Below, piece by piece: positions 19,990 through 28,754 of a DNA stretch of 64,000 nucleotides. Position numbers and translations under genes: made by a program. The first letter of the stretch is position 1, and every line of letters begins with the position of its first letter. The stretch is from Candidatus Latescibacterota bacterium. Lineage in GTDB: Bacteria > Latescibacterota > UBA2968 > GCA-2709665. A model generated the notes under the pieces. It saw only the letters and a list, made by a program, of their open reading frames with translations, ran no database searches and was not told the DNA's origin. The stretch is taken from positions 4,000,001 to 4,064,000 of the forward strand of contig CBDCOX010000002.1 of assembly GCA_965219995.1 (NCBI GenBank), given 5' to 3'.

Positions 19990-20982
19990 ATGCCGAAAAC
20001 ACTGCGTGTCGGGCTGGTCGGATGCGGCGGGCAGACCCGCCTCAATCTCGCCCCGGCTTTCTCCCGGATAGACTCCGCCCGGCTGGTTTCGTGTGCAGAC
20101 GTGGATGAAGCCCGGGCGCGACAGGTGGCTGACGCCTTCGGGATCGAAAATGTACACGTCGATTCACAGGAGGTTACCACCGCCGCCGGCGTGGACGCGG
20201 TGATCGTGGCCGTCCCGCACCGTTTCCTCAAGGACGTGGCGCTCTCGGCGATCGGCGCCGGAAAACACGTGTTTATCGAGAAGCCGATGGGACTGAGCGC
20301 GGCGGAGGGCGCCGAGGTGGTGGAAGCCGCCGAAAGCCAGGGCGTGGTGGCGATGGTGGGCTATTGCATGCGCTATTCGCTCAGCCGGATGTACATCAAA
20401 TCCCTGCTGGACCGGGGCGCGGTGGGAGACGTCGGCTTCGTGGCGGCCGGCAAAGGCGGCGGCCCGCTGGGAGGATGGCTTGGAGGGCCCTGGGCGGAAG
20501 GGGGCGGTCAGCTCTTCTTTCTGGGCTCCCACCTTACCGACCAGGTGCTCTGGATGACGGGCGACGAAGCCGAGGCCGTCTCGGGGACCGTGCGATGGAA
20601 CGCCGGCGGCACGGACGAGACGTCGGCCTATACCGTGCGCCTGAAAGGGGGGGCGGTGGCCACGTTCTCCGTGTCCCAGGCCTCGGGGGTCGGGTACGAT
20701 TTCGTGGACATTTTTGGTACGCGGGGACGGGTTCGGGGCGACTGGAAGGGCGACGTCGTGACCGTGGAGAGCCGGGTGATCCCCGAATACGCGCACCCCA
20801 CCGTCCTGCGCATCCCGGGCGACAACCTGGAAGAGATGTGTTACCGCGAGTTGGCCGCGTTCGTAGACGCTACGCGATCGGGAGCATCTGCTCCCGTCCC
20901 GGTGTCGGACGGCCTGCGCGTGCTCCGGATCCTGGACGCGGTCGTCGCGTCGTCGAATGAGCGAAGCTGGATCGAGGTTTAG
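19990..20982 (+). CDS. Gfo/Idh/MocA-family oxidoreductase
   Basis: LRVGLVGCG, AGKHVFIEKPM, GSHLTD. Confidence 0.92.
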   Translation: MPKTLRVGLVGCGGQTRLNLAPAFSRIDSARLVSCADVDEARARQVADAFGIENVHVDSQEVTTAAGVDAVIVAVPHRFLKDVALSAIGAGKHVFIEKPMGLSAAEGAEVVEAAESQGVVAMVGYCMRYSLSRMYIKSLLDRGAVGDVGFVAAGKGGGPLGGWLGGPWAEGGGQLFFLGSHLTDQVLWMTGDEAEAVSGTVRWNAGGTDETSAYTVRLKGGAVATFSVSQASGVGYDFVDIFGTRGRVRGDWKGDVVTVESRVIPEYAHPTVLRIPGDNLEEMCYRELAAFVDATRSGASAPVPVSDGLRVLRILDAVVASSNERSWIEV

Positions 20983-20997
20983 CGGGTGGAAACCGAA

Positions 20998-21193
20998 AAT
21001 CGGCTCACACGGAGACACAAAGACACAAAGGGAACCCTGAAACACCCGAAAGGCGGGCAACCACAAGAGGCGGGGAGAAGGAAGACGTGAGAGATCGCCT
21101 GCCGTATGCGGGTTCATTTCTTGCCGGAGGCGTAAGGGTAGATCCGATCGGGCAAGGATGTCATCTACCGGCTCACGGCTTACGTCTCACCGC
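20998..21193. repeat. Intergenic repeat modules (CACACGGAGACACAAAGACACAAAG module + TTCATTTCTTGCCGGAGGC module)
   Basis: 20998-21068 recurs at about 26016-26085; 21105-21193 recurs at about 25559-25640. Confidence 0.7.
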
Positions 21194-21265
21194 TTTTGAA
21201 AAGGGCAGCGGAATAGGGGAATTCAGGGGGTTGGGGGAGATGATACCTCAATCAAGGACATACAC

Positions 21266-22459
21266 GTGCCAGCCGTAGCGCAAAACAACTGGAAAAATCA
21301 CACGGTGATCCGTCTGAATCCGGACGGAGAACCGATTGAACGCCCGGCCCGATCGCAGATTGTGACCGAAAGCTGGAACCGGGTGACGGCAGTGCCGCAC
21401 ATTGTGTATATGCCGGAGAAGGACCGGGTGCTGATGCTGCTGAGCTGCGACTACCCCGGCAGTCCCTGGGTACACTTCGCCATGGTGCTCTTCAGCGACG
21501 ATCGTGGCGCCACGTGGAGCGAACCCGCCTGCGTACACACCGACGCGCAAGGCAACCCCGCCTGCGGGTTGGGACACGGACTGACCAACCTGGGGGGCGG
21601 CAGGTTGATGCTGTATTCGTGCCATCCGCCCGCGAGGTGGTTCAGCGACGATAATGGAGCGACATGGGGTGACACTGTGCCCGTGGAACCGGCGCCCAAC
21701 GGGAGAACGTGGATGGCCTGGGACCCGGCTCTGGTGGACAGAGATCCACAGTCGGGACGGGTAACGCGGCTGATGGAAACCGGCTACTGGGGCGATTCCG
21801 GGACCATGGACTCGCAGGCCTACGTCAGATTCAGCGCGGACGGCGGCCGAACGTGGACCGGCGCCCATCATGTACCGGAGTTCGAAGGCGTCAACGAGGT
21901 CTGCCCCGTTCGAGCGGCAAACGGCGATATCGTCGCAACCTGCCGGACGGACCCCCCGAAAGCGCTCAAGCCCCATCAGTTCGATCACTACGAAGGGTTC
22001 GGCGTTTCCATCTCCCGGGACAACGGCTATACCTGGAGCGAGGTCCGGCAACTCTACGACTGGGGACGCCACCACGCCAGTCTGGCGCTTTTGCCGTGTG
22101 GGTCCATTGTAGCTACATACGTGGTCCGGCTGGGCTATCCGGACACCGCTGACGGGTTTCCGCGCTTCGGCATCGAGGCGGTCGTGAGCCGCGACAACGG
22201 ACAGACATGGGACCTGGACTGCCGCTATGTCCTTGCCGAGTGGACCGGAAACAGGAAGGGATCGCCCTCGCCCGCGGGAAAGCTGCGCTCCGGAGGGTGG
22301 CATGCAAGCCCTCACACCACGTCCACTCTGGTGCTCCCGGACGGCTCGATCCTGACCGCCTACGGGACGGGGTATCGCCAGCGGGACGACGCCTTCGGAC
22401 CCGGTCTGTACGGGCCGCGGGACGTCGGCCTGGTCAGGTGGAATGTCGAAAGAGGATAG
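21266..22459 (+). CDS. BNR/Asp-box (sialidase-like) beta-propeller protein
   Basis: Five Asp-box motifs: SDDRGATW, SDDNGATW, SADGGRTW, SRDNGYTW, SRDNGQTW. Confidence 0.85.
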   Translation: MPAVAQNNWKNHTVIRLNPDGEPIERPARSQIVTESWNRVTAVPHIVYMPEKDRVLMLLSCDYPGSPWVHFAMVLFSDDRGATWSEPACVHTDAQGNPACGLGHGLTNLGGGRLMLYSCHPPARWFSDDNGATWGDTVPVEPAPNGRTWMAWDPALVDRDPQSGRVTRLMETGYWGDSGTMDSQAYVRFSADGGRTWTGAHHVPEFEGVNEVCPVRAANGDIVATCRTDPPKALKPHQFDHYEGFGVSISRDNGYTWSEVRQLYDWGRHHASLALLPCGSIVATYVVRLGYPDTADGFPRFGIEAVVSRDNGQTWDLDCRYVLAEWTGNRKGSPSPAGKLRSGGWHASPHTTSTLVLPDGSILTAYGTGYRQRDDAFGPGLYGPRDVGLVRWNVERG

Positions 22460-22537
22460 ATTCGCCGCGCCGGCAGCATCTGCGCGTTTCCGCGGACTCA
22501 CTGAAAAGGCCGGTTCGGCACAGCGAAAGGGGCGGGT

Positions 22538-23308
22538 ATGATCAGCGATCAACAGGTCGAATTCTTCCGGACATTCGGCTTTCTTCCGCTTCGCGAAGCA
22601 TTCAATCCGGAGGAGATGGCCGCCATCGGCGACACGTTCGACGACATGCTGGAAAAAGACCGCGAGGGTCAGCCTTTTCCGGGGGAGAAACGACAGGCGC
22701 TCTACGGCATTGCCGAGCGCAACCCTCTGCTGACGGAACTCGTCGAGGACGGCCGCATCTATGAAACCGTGGAGCGCCTTCTGGGACCCGGGTTTCACTG
22801 GCTGTGTTCCGAGGGCAATCTGTACGTGGGCGAAACGGAATGGCATCCCGACGGCAGCCGGCTGAATTATCCGCCGATGAAGGTCTCTCTATATCTGGAT
22901 GCCCTCACAAAGAGTACGGGCTGCCTGCGGGTGATTCCGGGGTCGCACCGGCTGCCGTTTCACGAGGCGCTGAGGCCCATGGAAAAGATGGGCGTGCCCG
23001 GCGCGGACGTGCCGTGCTATTTCCTGGAATCCAGTCCGGGAGACGTTCTGTTCCTGAACATGAACATCTGGCATGCGGCGTACGGCGGCGCGGCGGGAAG
23101 ACGCCACCTGGCGGTGAATTTCGTTCCCGAGGCCACGGAACCCGAACACGTCGAGATTCTGAAAAGGAACCACAGGGTCCTGATTGACCTGATGGAGCGG
23201 TACCAGTACAGCCGGCCGGGCCGGGCTTTCACCGACGACTTCCTGAATAGCGAAAAGCCGCGTATCCGCCGCATGGCCTCGAAGTGGGTCGAACTCGGAC
23301 TGCAATAG
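22538..23308 (+). CDS. Phytanoyl-CoA dioxygenase (PhyH)-family Fe(II)/2OG oxygenase
   Basis: QVEFFRTFGF, WHPD, GCLRVIPGSH, PGDVLF...WHA. Confidence 0.9.
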   Translation: MISDQQVEFFRTFGFLPLREAFNPEEMAAIGDTFDDMLEKDREGQPFPGEKRQALYGIAERNPLLTELVEDGRIYETVERLLGPGFHWLCSEGNLYVGETEWHPDGSRLNYPPMKVSLYLDALTKSTGCLRVIPGSHRLPFHEALRPMEKMGVPGADVPCYFLESSPGDVLFLNMNIWHAAYGGAAGRRHLAVNFVPEATEPEHVEILKRNHRVLIDLMERYQYSRPGRAFTDDFLNSEKPRIRRMASKWVELGLQ

Positions 23309-23335
23309 GCCTGGCGGAAGCGCGGGGTGACCGGA

Positions 23336-24307
23336 ATGCGCAAAGAGATCCGGATTTCCGAACGGGACGGTTTCGCCAGAAGAAACTTTCCCTGTGCGGT
23401 AGAGATGTGCTTTGAGCCAGGCGAGTTCCAGGCGGACGGTTCGTCGCGAATGCTGGACTCGGAGGGGGAACCGCGCCCCGTGCAGGTGGACGCACTGGAG
23501 TCCTGGGACGATGGCAGCATGAGGACCGCGGAGGTCTCGTTTCCGGTCCGGCTGGCTGCCGGAGGAGCGGAGGTCCTTGCATTCGAATTCGGAGACGGGA
23601 CGCCGCCGCCCCCGAGGCAGACGAACCCGATCAAGGTCCGCGATCGTAAAGACCCGATCGAGGTGCAGCAGGGGCCGGTAATCTACCAGGTCCGGAAGTG
23701 GCGTTTCAACTTCGTGGAGAATGTGATCTTCGACGGCAGGGCGTTTCACGGACCCGGAGCGCCCGGGCCGGCGCTTCTCCGCAAGGACGGCAGGATCCTG
23801 TTCCCGTCCGGCGAGGTCCGGATCGATATCGAGACGCAGGGTCCCCGCACGGCCCGCCTGCGAGTGGACGGGAACTACGGCGGCGGGTATGAGTTTGTCG
23901 CGTATCTGACCTTTTATTCGGGCGTTTCCTGGTTCAGGGTGGAACACGAGATCGTGTCTGGCGATGTGTCGCAAATTGCGTCACTCGTCGTCGAAAGTAC
24001 CTTCGACCTGCCGGATGCGCCGCTTATCTGCGCATTCGGAGCACGTCAACGGGCCGATGGCGAAGGTACGAGCTGGGCCGTGGTAACGGACAATGCGGCG
24101 ACGGTGGACGTTGCGGCTGTTGGCGCGTGGTCCGGGAAAGACACCGTCCGCTACGAAGTCGAAGCCAACGGACGCTTCCGGACGCTGTTTCCCTGCCTCG
24201 AGAAGCCCGCGATCCTGTATATGCATTACCTGACGACTCCCCCGATGGACCATCACCATACGCCGGCGGCGGCGATGGCCACGGACCCGGAGTGCCAGGT
24301 GATATAA
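23336..24307 (+). CDS. Hypothetical protein with PcRGLX/YetA-like N-terminal beta-barrel region
   Basis: FEPGE...PVQVDALESWDDGSMR resembles the WxDGS motif of PcRGLX/YetA N-termini; too short to hold the catalytic toroid. Confidence 0.55.
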   Translation: MRKEIRISERDGFARRNFPCAVEMCFEPGEFQADGSSRMLDSEGEPRPVQVDALESWDDGSMRTAEVSFPVRLAAGGAEVLAFEFGDGTPPPPRQTNPIKVRDRKDPIEVQQGPVIYQVRKWRFNFVENVIFDGRAFHGPGAPGPALLRKDGRILFPSGEVRIDIETQGPRTARLRVDGNYGGGYEFVAYLTFYSGVSWFRVEHEIVSGDVSQIASLVVESTFDLPDAPLICAFGARQRADGEGTSWAVVTDNAATVDVAAVGAWSGKDTVRYEVEANGRFRTLFPCLEKPAILYMHYLTTPPMDHHHTPAAAMATDPECQVI

Positions 24308-24326
24308 CGCTGAGACGGGCGCAATT

Positions 24327-25379
24327 GTGAGCGAAACGACCTACCGCGTGGGAATCATCGGCTGCGGTCGCATGGCCAGTACGATGGACGACGAAAAGCG
24401 CCGCCAGCCGGGTCGGGTGCCCCAGCCTGGAGTCCTGGCGGCCGCCTATGGTCAGGTGGAGCGGACAGAAGTGGTTGCCGTGGCGGACATCAACCGGGAC
24501 CGGCTGGCCGACTTTTCCACCCGCTGGGGTGTGCAGCGTCTCTATTCCGACTATCGCGACATGCTGGAGGCGGAGTCGCTGGACATCGTCAGCGTTGCCA
24601 CGCACGCGAACCTGCACGCCGAGATGACGGTGGCGGCCGCCCAGGCGGGCGCGAAGGCCGTCCTGTGCGAGAAGGCGATGGCAACCAGCCTGCGCGACGC
24701 GGACCGGATGATCGACGCGTTCCGAAAGTCAGGAACGATCCTGTCGGTCCTCTATCACAACCGGTGGGACCCTCTGATGGTCCGCGTGAGAGACCTGGTT
24801 CGGGAAGGCGCGATCGGGGAGTTGATCAGCATCGCGGGCAACATGGGTCCCGAACTGGTGCACGAGGGAACGCACATGTTCGACCTGATGCGGTTCTGGT
24901 CCGGTGACGAGGCGGCCTGGGTGTTCGGGCAGTTGGACGGGGGGCGGGATCCGGCAGATGATCCGGGGGGAAGCGGGTATATCCGATTCAAAAGGGGGAT
25001 GCACGCCTTCGTGAACGCGGTGGAAGGATCTCCGGTGGGATTCGAGTTCGATCTGGTGGGTACCATGGGCAGGATCCGGATCGGCTACCACGTGGACGAA
25101 CTCTGGACCGTGGAGGAAGGCCTGTACGAAGGACGGGCGCTGCTGGGGCGGAAGATCCCGCAGAATATCGAAGCCAGGAGCGGCGTGATCAAGGCGATCG
25201 AGGACCTGGTAACGTGCATCGAAGAGGGAAATGCGCCTGCATGCGCGGGCGAGGATGGCCGCAAGGCCCTGGAGATCGCGCTGGCCTTTCACGTTTCCCA
25301 CCGCGAAGGCGGCGCGAAAGTCGAGTTGCCGCTGGAAGACTCGTCTCTGTCGGTGACGAATCCGAAGTACTATAGTTGA
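24327..25379 (+). CDS. Gfo/Idh/MocA-family oxidoreductase
   Basis: YRVGIIGCG, AVLCEKAM, HEGTHMFD. Confidence 0.92.
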   Translation: MSETTYRVGIIGCGRMASTMDDEKRRQPGRVPQPGVLAAAYGQVERTEVVAVADINRDRLADFSTRWGVQRLYSDYRDMLEAESLDIVSVATHANLHAEMTVAAAQAGAKAVLCEKAMATSLRDADRMIDAFRKSGTILSVLYHNRWDPLMVRVRDLVREGAIGELISIAGNMGPELVHEGTHMFDLMRFWSGDEAAWVFGQLDGGRDPADDPGGSGYIRFKRGMHAFVNAVEGSPVGFEFDLVGTMGRIRIGYHVDELWTVEEGLYEGRALLGRKIPQNIEARSGVIKAIEDLVTCIEEGNAPACAGEDGRKALEIALAFHVSHREGGAKVELPLEDSSLSVTNPKYYS

Positions 25380-25397
25380 GGAAAACAGCTAAAGTCG

Positions 25398-25646
25398 GTG
25401 AGACGGGAGAGGTGAGACGGGAGATGATATCAGTGCCCTATGGTCTTTCTTATCGTTACGATAACGGTAAATAAACAGGCACGGTTTATATGGAAACACT
25501 GCTGTAAATGTCTTCATCTACCGTCTACCGGCTCACGTCTAACGGGTTTTATTGCCCCGTGCGGTTTCATTTCTTGCCGGAGGCAAAATGGAAGAACCAA
25601 TCGGGCAAGGACGTCTTCTCCCGTCTCCCGTCTACCCTCTCCCCGC
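25398..25646. repeat. Dispersed MITE/REP-like element, copy 1 (GAGACGG...CCGTCT termini, TTATCGTTACGATAA core) plus second module
   Basis: 25398-25543 is similar to 41070-41215; 25559-25646 is similar to 21105-21193. Confidence 0.75.
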
Positions 25647-25738
25647 CTTTAGGTGACCTCTCCCCCCGGCCCCATCTCCCGGAGGGAAAGCGGGCAATTG
25701 AACAAGAAACCCGCTCACAACAATTGGAGGAGACGCTC

Positions 25739-25957
25739 ATGAGAGACCACTATGATTTCTCAGAGATGGAGGGACGCAAGAATCCCTACGTCAAGCACCT
25801 GAAGCAGCCGGTCACCATGCGGCTCGATCGGGACACGGTCTCCTATTTCAAGGATATGGCGGCTGAAGAAGGGATACCGTACCAGACCCTGATCAATCTC
25901 TACCTTCGCGATTGCGCGGTCCATAAGCGAAAGCTGCAGATGAAGTGGGCGACGTAG
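25739..25957 (+). CDS. BrnA/CopG-like antitoxin (orphan)
   Basis: MRDHYDFS...KNPY...VTMRLD...YFK...GIPYQTLINLYLRDC; GGAGG RBS. Confidence 0.85.
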   Translation: MRDHYDFSEMEGRKNPYVKHLKQPVTMRLDRDTVSYFKDMAAEEGIPYQTLINLYLRDCAVHKRKLQMKWAT

Positions 25958-26015
25958 CGCTTCGCCATTCAAGTGACCCGGAGCCCTCCCCGATGGACTG
26001 GTGCAGGCCATAGAA

Positions 26016-26258
26016 AAATCAGCTCACACGGAGACACAAAGACACAAAGGAAATCCGGAACAACGACGAAGGCGGGCGACCACAAGGATCGCCCCTACGA
26101 CTTCAGCGGTCGCGCAGACCTCTCCCGGAAGGAATGCCGGAGGAAAACCAGCAACTTGCCGTTTGCAGCCAGCTAAACCCGGTCAGCGAGATGGATCCGC
26201 GATATCGATTTACGGATGTGCGGTATTGTTGTCGGGGCGGTTCGCGAACCGCCCGTGG
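26016..26258. repeat. REP-like palindromes
   Basis: GGGCGACCACAAGGATCGCCCCTAC (about 26074-26098) and GGGCGGTTCGCGAACCGCCC (about 26235-26254); upstream module shared with about 21000. Confidence 0.6.
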
Positions 26259-26298
26259 GACTCTTGTACCTGCGTGATCATTCGAAAGGAGTTACAGG

Positions 26299-28704
26299 AT
26301 GATCGGTATTATGGTCATTATTGGAGCGGTCTTGCTGCTCGCGGCGACGTCGCGTTATGCCGTGGCCCGGCAGCCCGAGCTCGACGAGACGCCCGCGCGG
26401 CCCGGCGAGTGGGGGTTCCGCCCCGCCAACGGGAGCGTCTCACAGGTGACGCCGCCGGGGTTTTCCTGGCGGCCGCAGAAGAATGCCGCGAGCTACGACC
26501 TTCAGTGCGCGCGTGAAAGCGGCTTCGGAGACGTGGCGTATGAAGCGAGCGGCGTGACGTTCAACGTCCACTGTCCGCCACAGACGTTGCCCGCGGGCCG
26601 CTGGTTCTGGCGATTCCGCTCTCACGATGAGTCGGGTGCGGTTTCCGAATGGAGCCGGGAGCGGGCGTTTACGATTGCAACAGATGCAAACGCGCTTCCG
26701 CTGCCCTCGCGCGAGGACCTGCTGGCGCGCATTCCCGCGGGTCATCCCCGGCTGTTTGTACGGCCGGAGCAGATACCGGAACTCCGGCGGCGCGCCGGAA
26801 CGGACCTGGCGGGTAAATACGAAGAACTCGTGGCGGCCTCGGAGAAACTGCTCGAGAATCCGCCGCCCACCGAAGAGCCGCCGCTCTACCCCGAAGGCAC
26901 GGTGCGGCTGAGCGAGGAGTGGCGGGCCATCTGGTGGCCGAACCGGGAGTATACGATTGCCGCTCTGAACGGCGCGGCGACCCTGGCATTCACCCGGCTG
27001 CTGGGCGGGCGCGAGGAATACGGGCAACTCGCCCGGAAGATCCTGATGGCCTGCGCCGAATGGGACCCGAAAGGGGCGACGGGATTCAAGTACAACGACG
27101 AAGCCGGAATGCCCTACGCGTACTATTTCTCACGGACGTACAGCTACCTCAACGATATTCTGACGGAGGACGAAAAGAAAAAGTGCCGGCGGGTGATGAG
27201 GGTCAGGGGCAATGAAATGAACGCGCATCTGAATCCGCGCTTCCTCTGGCGTCCGTACGGGAGTCACGACACCCGGTCCTGGCATTTTCTGGGTGAGGTG
27301 GGCATCGCGTTTCTGGACGAGATTCCGGAGGCGGCCGACTGGGTGTGGTTCGCCGCGAACGTGTTCGCCAACACGTATCCGGTCTGGAGCGATGACGACG
27401 GGGGCTGGCACCAGGGCATGGGCTACTGGAGGAGTTACATCCAGCGGTTTACCTGGTGGGCGGATATCATGCGCGAGGCCATGGGCGTCGATGCCTTCGA
27501 TAAGCCCTATTTCTCAAAGGTCGGTTACTATCCGATGTACCTCCAGCCGCCCGGTACGCGGGGAGGCGGTTTCGGGGACCTGACGGCGCATCTCGTATCC
27601 GCGCAGAACCGCGGCGTGATGGCCCTCTTCGCGGCAATGGCGCAGAATCCGTACTGGCAGTGGTACGTGGAGGCGCACGGCGACTTGCCGTCCGAACCCG
27701 GCTATATCGGCTTTGTCCGGGGCGCACTGCCCAGGGTGGAATCGAAACGGCCTGTCGACCTGCCCACCTCGCGCTGTTTCCGCGGCACGGGCCAGGCCGT
27801 GTTCAATACCGATCTGGAAGATGCCCGCAAGAACGTGGAGCTGATTTTCAAGAGCAGTCCGCTCGGGTCCCACAGCCACGGGTACGAAGCCCAGAATTCC
27901 TTTCTCCTCTATGCCTTCGGAGAACGGCTGCTGATTCGCACGGGCAGGCGGGACATCCACGGCAGCGAGCATCACAGGCGCTGGATGCACCATACGAAAT
28001 CGGTCAACTGCATCACGGTCAATGGAGACGGGCAGTTGCCGAATTCCAGCGACGCCCAGGGCGAAATCCTGGACTTCCACACGTCGGCGCAGTTCGATTA
28101 CGTGGCCGGAGAGGCGTCCCGCGCGTATGCCGGTAAACTGGAGCGGTTCACCCGGCGCATCCTGTTTGTGAAACCGGAAGCGGTCCTCATCTTCGATACG
28201 GTGCGAGCGCCCGAGCCCGCGAGCTTCGAGTGGCGGCTGCACGCTCCCGTGGAGATGGACGTCCGGAACCAGCGGGACGTCCGGGTGGTCAACGGGGCCG
28301 CCGGTTGCCGGGTGTCGTTTCTGTGGCCGGATGGGTTGAAACTGGACCAGACCGACCGGTTCGATCCTCCGCCTCGCGCCCGTATCAAACTGGTGGAATA
28401 TCATCTGACGGCGATTCCCTCCGCGCCTGCCGGCGAACGTACATTCGTGACGCTTCTCAGGCCCCACCGGTCCGCCGACGTGTTGATCGGCGACGCGGAA
28501 CTGGTGAAAATCGACGGCGGGTACGCGGTCACCATTCCGCTGACGGAAGGCCGCGCGGGAGTACTCCTGCAGCCGTCCGGAGGCAGCGTCGTGGAAGGGG
28601 CAGGCCTCAGGACCGACGGCGAGGTCGGCGCGGCCACGTTCGACGATCGAGGAGAGGTGAAAGAGACGTTTGTGGCATCAGGCAAGCTTGTTGAAGCCAT
28701 GTGA
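26299..28704 (+). CDS. Secreted DUF4962/heparinase II/III-family polysaccharide lyase
   Basis: Signal peptide, FN3-like FSW...WFWRFRS region, HPRLFV, YGSH, GGWHQGMGYW, FKSSPLGSHSHGYEAQNSF. Confidence 0.85.
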   Translation: MIGIMVIIGAVLLLAATSRYAVARQPELDETPARPGEWGFRPANGSVSQVTPPGFSWRPQKNAASYDLQCARESGFGDVAYEASGVTFNVHCPPQTLPAGRWFWRFRSHDESGAVSEWSRERAFTIATDANALPLPSREDLLARIPAGHPRLFVRPEQIPELRRRAGTDLAGKYEELVAASEKLLENPPPTEEPPLYPEGTVRLSEEWRAIWWPNREYTIAALNGAATLAFTRLLGGREEYGQLARKILMACAEWDPKGATGFKYNDEAGMPYAYYFSRTYSYLNDILTEDEKKKCRRVMRVRGNEMNAHLNPRFLWRPYGSHDTRSWHFLGEVGIAFLDEIPEAADWVWFAANVFANTYPVWSDDDGGWHQGMGYWRSYIQRFTWWADIMREAMGVDAFDKPYFSKVGYYPMYLQPPGTRGGGFGDLTAHLVSAQNRGVMALFAAMAQNPYWQWYVEAHGDLPSEPGYIGFVRGALPRVESKRPVDLPTSRCFRGTGQAVFNTDLEDARKNVELIFKSSPLGSHSHGYEAQNSFLLYAFGERLLIRTGRRDIHGSEHHRRWMHHTKSVNCITVNGDGQLPNSSDAQGEILDFHTSAQFDYVAGEASRAYAGKLERFTRRILFVKPEAVLIFDTVRAPEPASFEWRLHAPVEMDVRNQRDVRVVNGAAGCRVSFLWPDGLKLDQTDRFDPPPRARIKLVEYHLTAIPSAPAGERTFVTLLRPHRSADVLIGDAELVKIDGGYAVTIPLTEGRAGVLLQPSGGSVVEGAGLRTDGEVGAATFDDRGEVKETFVASGKLVEAM

Positions 28705-28754
28705 TCCGCTCGAAGGGTTGCAGTTTTCTGAAGGAATGACGCGAGGTGAAGACA

